Shown: in pieces, positions 1 through 10,947 of the stretch
How positions within the stretch are numbered: position 1 is the first letter of the stretch
Layout: every line of letters begins with the position of its first letter
Source: Chiloscyllium plagiosum
Taxonomy: Eukaryota
Assembly (NCBI RefSeq): GCF_004010195.1
Contig: NC_057719.1
Span: forward strand, 11,603,216 to 11,664,461
DNA: 61,246 nucleotides
Direction of reading: 5' to 3'
The notes under the pieces: generated by a model
The model's database searches: none
The model's input: only the letters and a program-made list of their open reading frames with translations
Told to the model about the DNA's origin: nothing
Position numbers and translations under genes: made by a program

Positions 1-2070
1 GGGATCCCGGGGAGTGTGTCAGTATTTACAGGGATCCCGGGGAGTGTGTCAGTATTTACAGGGATCCCGGGGAGTGTGTCAGTATTTACAGGGGGCTCCA
101 GCAGTGTGTCAGTATTTACAGGGGTCCCTGGGGAGTGTGTAAGTATTTACAGGGGGGTCCTGGGGAGTGTGTCAGTATTTACAGGGGATCCCGGGGAGTG
201 TGTCAGTATTTACAGGGGAGTCCTGGGGAGTGTGACAGTATTTACAGGGGGCCCAGGGACTGTGTCAGTATTTACAGGGGATCCTGGGGAGTGTGTCAGT
301 ATTTACAGGGGAACCCGGGGAGTGTGTCAGTATTTACAGTGGATCCCAGGGAGTGTGTCAGTATTTACAGGGGAACCCGGGGAGTGTGTCAGTATTTACA
401 GGAGATCCCGGGGAGTGTGTCAGTATTTACAGGGGATCCCAGGGAGTGTGTCAGTGTTTACAGGGGATCCCAGGGAGTGTGACAGTATTTACAGGGGAAC
501 CTGGGGAGTGTGTCAGTATTTACAGGGGTTCCGGGGAGTGTGTCAGTATTTGCAGGGGCACCTAGGGAGTGTGTCAGTATTTACAGGGATCCCGGGGAGT
601 GTGTCAGTATTTACAGGGAGCCCAGGGAGTGTGTCAGTATTTACAGGGGATCCCGGGGAGTGGGTCAGTATTTACAGGGGGTCCTGGGGATTGTGTCAGT
701 ATTTACAGGGTGCCCAGTGAGTGCATCAGTATTTACAGGGGATTCCGCGAAGTGTGTCAGTATTTACAGGGGGCCCAGGGAGTGTGGCTGTGTTTACTCA
801 CAGCTCAGCGAGTGTGTCTGTATTTACAGGGGGGTCGTGGGGAGTGTGTCAGTATTTACATGGGGCCCAGGGAGTATGTCAGTATTTACAGAGGATCCCG
901 GGGAGTGTGTCAGTGTTTACAGGGAGCCCAGGGAGTTTGTCAGTATCTACAGGGGGGTCCTGGGGAGTGTGTCAGTATTTACAGGGGATCCCAGGGAGTG
1001 TGTCAGTATTTACAGGGGGTCCTGGGGATTGTGTCAGTATTTACAGGGGATTCCGCGAAGTGTGTCAGTATTTACAGGGGGCCCAGGGAGTGTGGCTGTG
1101 TTTACTCACAGCTCGGCGAGTTTGTCTGTATTTACAGGGGGGTCGTGGGGAGCGTGTCTGTATTTACAGGGGTTCCCGGGGAGTGTGTCAGTATTTACAG
1201 GGGACCCAGGGAGTATGTCAGTATATTCAGAGGATCCCGGGGAGTGTGTCAGTGTTTACAGGGTGGTCCTGGGGAGTGTGTCAGTATTTACAGGGAGGCC
1301 CCGGGAGTGTGTCAGTATTTACAGTGGGGTCCGGGGAGTGTGTCAGTATTTACAGTGGGGTCCGGGGAGTGTGTCAGTATTTACAGGGGGATCCCGGAGA
1401 GTGTGTCAGTATTTACCGGGGATCCCAGTGAATGAGTCAGTATTTACAGGGGGCCCAGGGAGTGTGGCTGTATTTACTCGCGGCTCTGCGAGTGTGTCAG
1501 TATTTACAGGGTGGACCCGGGGAGTATGTCAGTATTTGCAGGGGATCCCGGGGAGTGTGTCAGTATTTACAGGTGGGTCTCGGGAGTGTGTCAGTATTTA
1601 CGGGCGGTCCCAGGGAGTGTGTCAGTATTTACATGGGGCCCAGGGAGTGTGTTAGTATTTACAGGGTGGTCCTGGGGAGTGTGTCAGTATTTACAGGGAG
1701 GCCCCGGGAGTGTGTCAGTATTTACAGTGGGGTCCGGGGAGTGTGTCAGTATTTACAGTGGGGTCCGGGGAGTGTGTCAGTATTTACAGGGGGATCCAGG
1801 GTGTGTGTCAGTATTTACGGGGAGGCCAGGGGAGTGTGTCAGTATTTACAGGGGAGATCCTGGGGTGTGTGTCAGTATTTACAGTGAAGCCCAGGGAGTA
1901 TGTTAGTATTTACACGGGGGTCTTGGCGACTGTGTCAGTATTTACAGGGTGGTCCCAGGGAGTGTGTCAGTACCTATAAGGAATCTCGGGGAGTGTCAAA
2001 ATTTGTAAGGTTCCAGGGAATATTTCTGAATTTACATGGGATCCCAGGAAGTGTGTCAGTATTTACAGGG
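1..2070. repeat. Minisatellite A, 30-32 bp unit (GGGGAGTGTGTCAGTATTTACAGGGGRTCCY), running off the left edge of the window
   Basis: Dozens of tandem copies of the core GAGTGTGTCAGTATTTACAG with a variable G/C-rich linker. It explains all the repetitive + strand ORFs in 16-2199. Confidence 0.97.
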
Positions 2071-3703
2071 AGTCACTGTGAATGTGCTGTATTCACAAGG
2101 AGTTCATGGGAATGTGCTGTATTCGCAGGCGGTCATTGGGAATGTGTTGTATTCACAGGGGGTCCCTGGGGATGTGCTGTGAATACAGTGCCTTCCTAAT
2201 GACCTCCTGTGAATACAGCACATCTCCAGTGACCCCCCCATGAATATAGCACATTTCCAATAACACCCCCACATGAATACAGTGCCTTCCCAATGACCTC
2301 CTATGAATACCGCACATTCCCAGTGACCGCCTGTGAATACAGCACATTCCCATGACCCCCTATTGAAAACAGCACATTCCCAATAACTCCCTGTGAATAC
2401 AACACATTCCTAATAACTCCCCGTGAATACAGCACATTCTGAATTACGTGCTGTGAATACAGTAGATTCCCAATGATCACCTGTGAACATAGCACAATCC
2501 CAATGAGCCCCTATTGAATACAGCGCATTCCCAATAATGCCCCCGTGATTACATCACATTCCCAATAATCCCCCTGTAAATACAGTGCTTTCCCAGTAAC
2601 CCCCTGTGAATACAGCGCATTCAGTGCTATATTCAGAGGGGGGGTTATTGGAAATGTGATGTAATCATGGGGGCGTCATTGCGAATGTGCTGTATTCACA
2701 GGGGGTCATTGGGAATGTGCTGCATTCACAGAATGTCATTGGGAATGTGCTGTATTCATAGGGGGTCATTGGGAATGTGCTGCATTCACAGAGTATCATT
2801 GGGATTGTGCTGTATTCACAGGAGGTCATTGGGAATGTGTTGTATTCACTGGGGATCATTGGGGATGTGTTATATTCATAGGAGGTCATTGGGAATGCGT
2901 TGTATTCACAGGGGATCATTGGGAATGTACTGAATTTACAGGGGGTCATTGGGAATGTGCTGTACTCACAGCGGGATTATTGGGAATGTGTTGTATTCAC
3001 AGGATGTCATTGGGGATGCACTGTATTCACAGGGGGATTATTGGGAATGTGCTGTATTCACAGAATGTCATTGGGAATGTGTTATATTCACTGGAGGTCA
3101 TTGGGAATGTGCTGCATTCACAGGAGGTCATTGGGAATGTGCTGTATTCACAGGAGGTCTTTGGGAATACGTTATATTCTTAGAAGGTCACTGGGAAAAT
3201 GCTACATTCATAGGGGATCATTGGGAATGTGCTGTATTCACAGGGCAGGTCACTTGGAATGTGCTGTATTTACAGGAGATCGTTGGGAATGTGTTGTATT
3301 CACAGGGGATTATTTGGAATGAGCTGTATTCGCAGGGTGTCATTGGGAATGTGCTGTATTCTCAGGGGGTCACTGGGGAGGTGCTGTATTCACAGGGGAT
3401 CATTGAGAATGTGCCGTATTCACAGGAGGTCATTGGGAATGTGCTGTATTCATAGGGGTTGCTGAGTATGTGCCGCATTCACACGAGTTCATTGGGAATG
3501 TGCTGTATTCACAGGAGGTCATTGGGAATGTGCTATATTCATGCGGGGGGGTCACTGGAGATGTGCTGTATTCACAGGGGGTCATTGGGAATCTGATGTA
3601 TTCCCAGGGGTGTCGCTGAGGATGTGTGGTGTTCACAGGGGCTCATTGGGAATGTGCTGTATTCACATGAGGTCACTGGGAATGTGCTATATTCACTGGG
3701 GGC
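2071..3703. repeat. Minisatellite B, ~30 bp unit (GGGAATGTGCTGTATTCACAGGRGGTCATT), with an inverted block at ~2177-2622
   Basis: Forward units at 2071-2180 and ~2623-3703; reverse-complement units (CTGTGAATACAGCACATTCCCAATGACC) lie between. Confidence 0.96.
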
Positions 3704-3985
3704 CCTGATGAGGCTTTCAGTATTTATGTGGAGCCAGGGAAACAAAGAGTTTGCATGAGGAAACTCCAGGTCAAGATTTCCGCAAAACATTCTCGCAGCA
3801 CAGTTTGAAAATGAGCTGACACTAATGGAATATGGTGTAAGTGTCAAATGAAGGAAGTTGTATCACCTTGGGGATGATCTCACTGCTCATGAGCTCTGCA
3901 TCCTCCATCATTTGTGAACAACCACCCTCTGTGATCACTTCTCACTTATCGTCCTCTAATTATATTGTCTGTTTCTCAAAGGTAT

Positions 3986-4325
3986 GATTTGGAGATGCCG
4001 ATGTTGGACTGGGGTGTACAAAGTTAAAAATCACACAACACCAGGTTATAGTCCAACAGGTTTAATTGGAAGCACACTAGCTTTCGGAGCGATGCTCCTT
4101 CATCAGGTGATAGTGGAGGGCTCGATCCTAACACACAGAATTTATAGCAAACATGATGTAACTGAAATTATACATTGAAAAATTGATTGTCTGTTAAGCC
4201 TTTCATCTGTTAGAATACAGTGGTAGTTTCACTTCTTTCATGTGTAAATCACAAAACCTTTTTTTAAAAGTTACATTCTCGGGTTAGCTGTTAACAATGG
4301 TGATAGCTAGACAATATGCTGAAGG
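3986..4325 (-). mobile_element. Penelope-like element (family A) terminal/pseudo-LTR fragment
   Basis: The same sequence recurs at 42677-42812 with a TSD. It carries a minimal hammerhead motif, a known hallmark of PLE pseudo-LTRs. Confidence 0.75.
4075..4109 (-). ncRNA. Minimal type I hammerhead ribozyme motif (PLE family A)
   Basis: Minus strand reads CAC-CTGATGA-A-GGAGC-atc-GCTCC-GAAA-GC-TA-GTG: intact core boxes, 5-bp stem II, CAC/GTG stem I, palindromic AGCT in place of stem III. Confidence 0.8.
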
Positions 4326-4694
4326 TAAACACAGTAATTCCTTTGAAAAAAAACAATGTAGAGAATGACTCAAAGACTTAGATTTCACTTCAGGGCATCA
4401 AGGTTGTACTGATCCCACCCGGAGATTGTAACATGAAACAAAATGTTGTGATTAGAGATAGTAGATGAGTGAGCTGGCTGTCTTGCTCAACGTTTGCAAC
4501 AAAGGAGCAGCTTTCAACATACAGCTGAAATAAAAGATTCCAGTAAAAGTCCTTATTATATTGATTCCTGCATTGCTTCTGGTGTGAAATACGTCACGTT
4601 TTACATCTCAATGTGATCAAATCTCAACTTACACTTTTTGGAGTGAAATGCAGGGAAAGTGGCAGGAAGTCCTGCAAGTATTTTCATTTCCTCA

Positions 4695-4822
4695 CCAAAT
4701 ACAGGGAATACTGGAGAAACTCAGCAGGTCTGGCAGAGAGAGAAAAATAGAGCTGGCGTTTCGAACCCAGTATAACTACTCTTCAGAACTGGATTCTGAA
4801 GAAGAGTCATATCGGGTTCAAG
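4695..4822. mobile_element. PLE (family C) terminal fragments in inverted arrangement with degenerate CTGAAGA...GAAA motifs
   Basis: Minus arm reads GTTCTGAAGA...TTCGAAACGCC and is followed by a plus arm TTCTGAAGAAGAGTCATATCGGGTTC. Similar tails occur at 14585-14700, 36620-36796, 42010-42110 and 49520-49660. Confidence 0.55.
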
Positions 4823-5124
4823 CCGATACAGATACAATTGGCTGAATGACCTCATTCTGTACCAAAACCACCTGTGATCTATAAGGGATAGGAGTGGAGT
4901 CAGTGAAAATAAATGCTGTACAAAAGACTAAGAGAGCAAAAAAATTGAAAAAACTCCAAAAATCCAGTCAGTTACAGTCTTTCAAAACCAGATTCCCCTT
5001 GAAATTCTTGGTCATTCTGTCTGAACTAGTTATATTGTTTCCCCTTTCTGCTTCCTTCTTCCTGTGAGGCACTTTTTGCCTACTGACCTACCATGCTCAT
5101 TGATGGACTTATCCATATATCTAA

Positions 5125-5412
5125 GGGTACGGTGGCTCAGTGGTTAGCATTGTTGCCTCACACTGCCAGGGACCCAGGTTCAATTCTAGCCTCGGGCCAC
5201 TGTCTGTGTGGAGTTTGCATATTCTCCCTGTGTCTGTGTGGGTTTCCTCCCACAGTCCAAAGATGTGCAGGTTGGGTGATTTGGCCTTGTTAAAAGTTGC
5301 CCATAGTGTTCGGTGCATTAGTCAGAGGGAAGTGGGTTACTCTTCAGAGGGACAGTGTGGACTTGGTGGGCCGAAGGGCCTGTTTCCACACAATAGAGAA
5401 TCTAATCTATCA
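5125..5412 (+). mobile_element. HE1-type tRNA-derived V-SINE
   Basis: A box TGGCTCAGTGG, B box GGTTCAATTCT, V-domain (GTGTGGAGTTTGCA...GGTTTCCTCCCACAGTCCAAAGA), CR1-like 3' end and AATCT tail. Confidence 0.9.
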
Positions 5413-6230
5413 ATAAATCAATCATGCCTTTGCTGTTGACCAGAAAACATCCTTAGAATGTTACATGGTTCACCTCCTCAGTAAAGATTTACACATGACA
5501 CTATGTATCTGTTTGCTTGTGGTTTTTATATGTATATATACACTTTACAGGTTTCTTTCCCAGGATCTGGCCCACCAAACCACCCTCCACTCCCAGCACC
5601 TTCCCTTGCTGCTGCAAGAGGTGTAAAGCCTGCACCCACACTTACCCCCTCACCTCCGTCCAAGGCCTCAAAGGATCTTTCCACTTCCAGTAGAGATTTT
5701 CCTGCACATCCAAACACTGTGTCAGTTGCTCTCAATGTGGTCTCTCTCCTCTACATTGGGGAGATAGCACCCCAACTTACGGAACATTTCAGGGAACATC
5801 ACTGGGATACAATGACCAAACAGCCCCACCACCCTGTGGCCAAACACTTCAACTCCCCCTCCCACACTGCTGAGGACATAAAAGTCCTGGGTCTCCTCCA
5901 ATGCCAAATCCAAGCCACCCGATGTGTGTCGAAAGAATGCCTCATTTTCTGCCTTGGGACCCTCCATCCACATGGCATCAATGTTGATTTCACCAGTTTC
6001 CTCATTTCCCCTCCTCCTGAAGATCTAGACCCCCATGAGGGGCCTCTCGGTTCTGCGATCAGTCAAATAAACACTAGCAGCTCGGTCTGGTTCAGCGAGA
6101 TTTAACAATTTATTACGACACCGGCCATAGGTTATCCAGCAAGACAGGGGTTAAACATTTCTGTGTACTCTGGAAAAGCTGCGCACTTCAGTTTAACACA
6201 GACAACTTTTATCGGTCTCTTAACAAACAG

Positions 6231-6430
6231 GTAAAAGTGAGGACTGCAGATGCTGGAAACCAGAGTTTAGATTAGAGTGGTGCTGGAAAAGCACAGCAGG
6301 TCAGGCAGCATCCGAGGAGCAGGAAAATCGACGTTTCGGGCAAAAGCCCTTCATCAGGATTTGATTTTCAGGAACATCGATTTTCCTGCTCCCCAGATGC
6401 TGCCTGGCCTGCTGTGCTTTTCCAGTACCA
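6231..6430. mobile_element. Fold-back mini-PLE (family B) insertion
   Basis: Inverted arms ~6275-6334 and ~6374-6433; flanking duplication CTCTTAACAAACAG at 6217-6230 and 6431-6444. Confidence 0.88.
6325..6362 (-). ncRNA. Minimal type I hammerhead ribozyme motif (PLE family B)
   Basis: Minus strand reads AAATC-CTGATGA-A-GGGC-tttt-GCCC-GAAA-CG-TC-GATTT: intact cores, 4-bp stem II, 5-bp stem I, GUC triplet, palindromic ACGT. Confidence 0.8.
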
Positions 6431-7165
6431 CTCTTAACAAACAGTACAACTTTAATTGCAAAATTAGTCCAATAAATGTAATAAAATGACAAATAGACAT
6501 AAAATTAAGCCAATGATATTTCCTGGGAACTGACTTGTTTTGCAAGTTTTTATCTCTTGCCGCCTGAATCCCAAGGCCAGTTAGAATACTTTAATAATGT
6601 CATATCTTGCTTAGTTAATTCACACTATGAAGAAGACATTGTTTGCTAATCTTTCAATTAGTTCAGGAATGTAGCTTTCAGCAGAGTTAGATGTCATTTT
6701 AAACAGGCAGCCTAGAAGCCATCTTGTTATGTTATTTTGTGTTACTTGTATTAAGAAGCCATTTTATAGCTAGTAAAAGCATGCATTAAATGGTTGCTCC
6801 TGACAACAGCCTAAATCCAGATTTTAGATCCTCACTCCCACCTTATCCCAGATCCAACCCCCCAACTCAGCACCGCCCTCTTGAACTGTCCTACCTGTCC
6901 ATCTTCCTTCCCGCATATCCACTCCATCTTCCCCTCTGATCTATCACTATCACTGCATCCACCTATCACCTTCCCACCTGCCCCCACCTGCATCTACCTA
7001 TCACCTTCCCAGCTACCTTCTCCCCAGCCCCACACCCACATTCCTATTTATCTCTCAGCTCCATTCCCACTTTCCCCCACATTCCTGATGAAGGGCTTAT
7101 GCCGAAACATCGATTCTCCTGCTTCTCGGATGCTGCATGACCTGTTGTGCTTCTCCAGCGCCTAC

Positions 7166-7300
7166 CTGTTTATGTACATGTCTGTGCTCTTGTGTGTCTG
7201 TGTGTGTGTGTGTATTTGTCTATCTGTTTATGTGCATGTCTGTGTTCTTGTGTGTGTTTGTCTGTTTGTGTTTCTCTGTGTATTCCTGAGTGTATATGTT
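7166..7300. repeat. Degenerate (TG)n/(TGTC)n microsatellite
   Basis: TG-rich low-complexity run. Confidence 0.85.
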
Positions 7301-7584
7301 TTAGGATGGGGGCAGTTGCCTCCAACTTTTCACACATTTCATTCTCTTGGTTTAACTGAAATCACAGGAAGGACCAGAAGCCATAGGAGAAGCTGTGTGT
7401 CAGTATTAGCACTGCAAGGTGTTGGAAGGACCCCAACAGGCAATTCTCAGCCAGTAATTCTGAATGACTAAAGCATTGTCAGTCATGAAGTTTTCCCTAA
7501 AGCTCTTTGTTCCTCTATGGCTCACGCCGTTCTCGAATTCTTGCAGCCTTCCAGTGCATTGTCCAGAGACTGCTGGGTGTCAGT

Positions 7585-7882
7585 GAGTGGCTCAGTGGTT
7601 AGCACTGCTGTCTCACAATGTCAGGGACCTGGGTTTGATTCCAGCCTTGGACAATTGTCTGTTTGGAGTTTGTACATTCTCTCCCTGTGTCTGTGTGCAT
7701 TTCCTCCCACAGTCCAAAGATGTGCAGGTAGATTGTCCATGCTGAATTACCCATAGTGTCCAGGGATGTGCATGCCAGGTGGATTAGCCATGGTAGATGC
7801 GAGGTTACAGAGATAGGATGGGAAGCTCTTTGAAGGGTCAATGCAGACTCAATGAGCCCAATGGACTCTCCCTGCACTATGA
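7585..7882 (+). mobile_element. HE1-type V-SINE (diverged)
   Basis: A/B boxes and V-domain as at 5125. Confidence 0.85.
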
Positions 7883-7914
7883 CCAAGCTGCATGGGTAGA
7901 TCTGGCAAGGGCTC

Positions 7915-8412
7915 CTTTATTCTCTTATGAGACGTGGCCATCACTGGCTGGCCTAGCATTTATTGTCCTTCCCTAATTGCCCTTGAGAAGGTGGTGGTGA
8001 GCTACCTTCTTGAATCACTGCAATCCACACTGTCCTTAGGGAGGGAGATCCAGGATTTTGACTGAGTGGCCATGAAGAAACGGCAAAGTAGCTTTACAAA
8101 TTAGGGTGGAGGGGAATTTGAAAGTGGTGGTGTTCTTGTATATGTGCTGCCCTGTCCTTCTAGATGGGACTGCTTATGGGTTTGGAAGGTGCTATCTAAG
8201 GATATTTGGTGAATTTCGGCAGTGCATCTTGGGGTTATACACACTGCTGCTATTGAGTGTCGGTGGTGGAGGGAGTGGATGCTTGTGAATGTGTTGCCAA
8301 TCAAACAGTGCAAGAAGGTAGCTCACTAACGCTTTCACAAGAACAATTAGTGATGGACAATAAATGCAGCAATGCTCACATTCTCTGAATGAGTAAAACA
8401 AAATAAAAAAAA
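7915..8412. mobile_element. Two 3' ends of a CR1/L2-clade LINE, back to back (minus ~7915-8300, plus ~8305-8412)
   Basis: GCATTTATTGTCC...GAGAAGGTGGTGGTGAGCTACCTTCTTG at left; its reverse complement CAAGAAGGTAGCTCAC...GGACAATAAATGC plus an A-rich tail at right. Confidence 0.75.
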
Positions 8413-9389
8413 ACTATGCCTGGCTTTTCTTTGAGTGTTGTGGGGATCTGAAAAACATATGAAATATAAATAAATATAACATGGAGAATTTGTAAAGAGA
8501 GGAAATGCAAGTTTTAAAATTTAGCTGTGAATAAATAGACACTAACTTACTTTTAAAAGGATTTTAAATAGTTATTGAGAAAACAATATGTTGATTTCTG
8601 TCACAGTTTGTCATCTGTCAACGATGTTTGATTATTACCCTCTCCCATATTATAATGTTCACATGCAGTAAGTGTAATATCAATATCTTAAAATATCATG
8701 GAGGGAAAACATCTTTTCAATTCCTTTGCTACTTCTAATTTTCTTTGTGTGACTTGTGAATATGAATTATAAAACCTGATATAAAGTATAAACCCATCAT
8801 ATTTGAATCCCATTTGCCAATTTAATATCTGGATTTCCATGGGTCCATACAGTCTTAAAAGGGACCAAGAACGTTGTCTTACTATGGTAACACTGATCAC
8901 CTGAGCCATACAAGCAACGTTTCAGGAAACTGTTATGGGTTCAATCAAATGTAATGAGATATGAAATAAATACTTTCCCTGAGGGCAGTGAAAACAGTCA
9001 GCCGTCCCATGGGAAGCATAAAAAGGCCTCATCTCCTATTTGATTTACACCATTATAAGAATCTCATATGTTGGAGAAGAAACATCATCTGCTATTATCA
9101 AACCTGAAAGTATTATCTCAGCAGGCAGTATTTTTTGGCAGACCAGAGGAAACGGGATTATGGATGCAGAACTGAATGAAGGCTACAAAGGCTCTCTTTC
9201 TTACAGGAAGTGAAATATTTGATTTCAGAGGACATAGAACAGAAAATGGAAAAGATAAGTACAGCATTCACTACAGCCATCAGCCCAAGAAACCAACTAA
9301 CTGACCATAGTGTCAGGTTAAAAACTTATATCTCAGCAACACACAAAGCACTCTAAACTTGCTTTGCACAAGACATTTTTAACTTTGTA

Positions 9390-9601
9390 GTCAAGAGTAT
9401 GGTGCTGGAAAAGCACAGCAGGTCAGGCAGCATCTGAGGAGCAGGAAAATCGATGTTTTGGGCAAAGGCCCATTCCTGATGAAGGGCTTTTGTCTGAAAT
9501 GTTGATTTTCCTGCTCCTCAGATGCTGCATGACCTGCTGTGCTTTCCCAGCACCACACTCTTGACTCTAATCTCCAGCCCCTGCAATACTCACTTTCACC
9601 T
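9390..9601. mobile_element. Fold-back mini-PLE (family B) insertion with a degenerate hammerhead
   Basis: Inverted arms ~9389-9470 and ~9484-9566; TSD ATTTTTAACTTTGTA (9375-9389) / ATTTCTAACTTTGTA (9602-9616). Confidence 0.88.
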
Positions 9602-10039
9602 ATTTCTAACTTTGTACTTGTGTGTGGATCCAAATGAATCCACAATTGATGTAAGTTGGACATTGTGCCTTTATTATTTTGCTTGACTTAGCAGGAAATA
9701 AGTAGGTTCTTTTTTAACTCAATAAATGCTTCTAAGCTGCTCCTTACCGCATAGAGTGAAAAAAACCTACACTTTAACTGGGGCAAAGTACAGCCTTTTG
9801 CTAAAAGGAGCTTAAATCTTGCTGCAACCAACCAAGAACGCTGAAAAAATGGAAGCTGCTTCTTACCTGTCTGTTCATATGTCTGAGAATACAAGTTGAA
9901 CGAAGAAAGTGCAAAAATGGTTTACAAGGATACAGTACCAGAACTGAGAGAAAGTAGTTGATGGCTAAAGATTGAACAAATTGGTACTTGACTTTTTTTA
10001 TGATTAAATGCTGAGAGGATATTTTCACTTTGAGGGAAG

Positions 10040-10339
10040 TTTAGATTAGATTTCCTACAGTGTGGAAACAGGCCCTTCAGCCCAACCAGTCCACACCAAC
10101 CCTCCGAAGAGTCACCCACCCAGTCCCATATTCCTCTGACAAATGCACCTAATACCATGGGTAATTTACCATGCCCAATCCACCTGACCTGCAGAACTTT
10201 GGAATGCAGGAGGAAACCAGAGCAAACCCACATGGGGACAACATGTAAAATCCACACAGAATCACCCAAGGCTGGAATTGAACCTGGGACTCTGGTGCTG
10301 TGAGGCAGTAGAACTAACTGCTGAGCCACCATGCCACCC
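10040..10339 (-). mobile_element. HE1-type V-SINE
   Basis: Reverse-complement tRNA head, V-domain and (AGATT)n tail. Confidence 0.9.
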
Positions 10340-10947
10340 AAGTGACAGTTATAAATACAAGATAGCTGATAAAAGAATCTAAATTAATAATAGGAAGTAA
10401 TGTCTTAATCCAGAGTGTTTAGAATGTGCAATTCGCTACAACAGGAGGTGCTTAAAGCAAATAGCAAAAATGCTTTCAAAAATAATTTTTTTACACTGCG
10501 TTAAAGAAAGGGGGAATAGGAAGATAAGCTGAAAGACAAAGATGTAGTAGACATAATTGGAAGGAGATTTGTGTGGACTTTCAACAGCAATACAGACCAT
10601 TTGGATCGAATATTCTAATACCCTGACACATTTCTATGGAAATAATGGTCATGCATCAACAGCTCAGTCTCAAGAATAAAATTCAATTTGTCAATACAGA
10701 TTAGGAAAGGAGGATCTACTGAGAAACATTTTAGTTTTGAAAGAAGCCCTGAAGATGGAAACTCACAGAGTGAGGAATTTATAACTTTATATTAAACTGT
10801 AACCACAAAGTTGCGGATTCCAAATAATAACAGGTAAATGTAGGACCATCAGCAGGATGTTCTTCCCTCAAAGACTCAAAGGGAGAAATCCTGCAAGTGT
10901 TCATTCAACCATCAAGGGAACATCTAGAGAGAAATTGGAATTTCTGA

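Larger units (their letters stand above)
6018..6834 (-). mobile_element. Solo LTR (ERV-like), ~600 bp after removing the nested PLE insert
   Basis: Termini TGAAGATCTA...TAGATCCTCA (TG..CA, 9/10 inverted match); 4-bp TSD CTCC (6014-6017 and 6835-6838); minus-strand AATAAA near 6110 and GATAAAA near 6210. Confidence 0.85.
5548..7165 (+). mobile_element. PLE (family B) 3' part: GIY-YIG endonuclease remnant plus pseudo-LTR, split by an LTR at 6018-6834
   Basis: Translation LYIGE...HFREH...PVAKHFNSPSH...LIFCLGTLHPHGINVDF fits the PLE GIY-YIG C-terminus. The element resumes at 6835 and has a degenerate hammerhead at ~7081-7115. Confidence 0.85.

Noticed and set aside
16..2199. Long overlapping ORFs (up to 381 aa) with GSVSVFTG / ECVSIYRG / GVCQYLQG repeats
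   Set aside because: All three frames are open because the minisatellite unit lacks stops, and unit lengths of 30-32 bp shift frames freely. There is no sign of coding constraint.
2153..3636. ORFs with MCCIHR / GNVLYSQ / CEYSTFP repeats
   Set aside because: These are translations of minisatellite B.
1..3703. CRISPR-like repeat/spacer appearance
   Set aside because: The linkers are ~10 bp and related to each other rather than unique spacers; the context is eukaryotic and there are no cas genes.
5125..5200. tRNA genes at TGGCTCAGTGG...GGTTCAATTC motifs (also 7585, 10270, 30940, 60765 and others)
   Set aside because: Each is followed by V-domain or other SINE body sequence, so they are SINE heads.
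6881..7471. 196-aa ORF with a hydrophobic Cys/Val tract
   Set aside because: It is PLE pseudo-LTR followed by a TG microsatellite.
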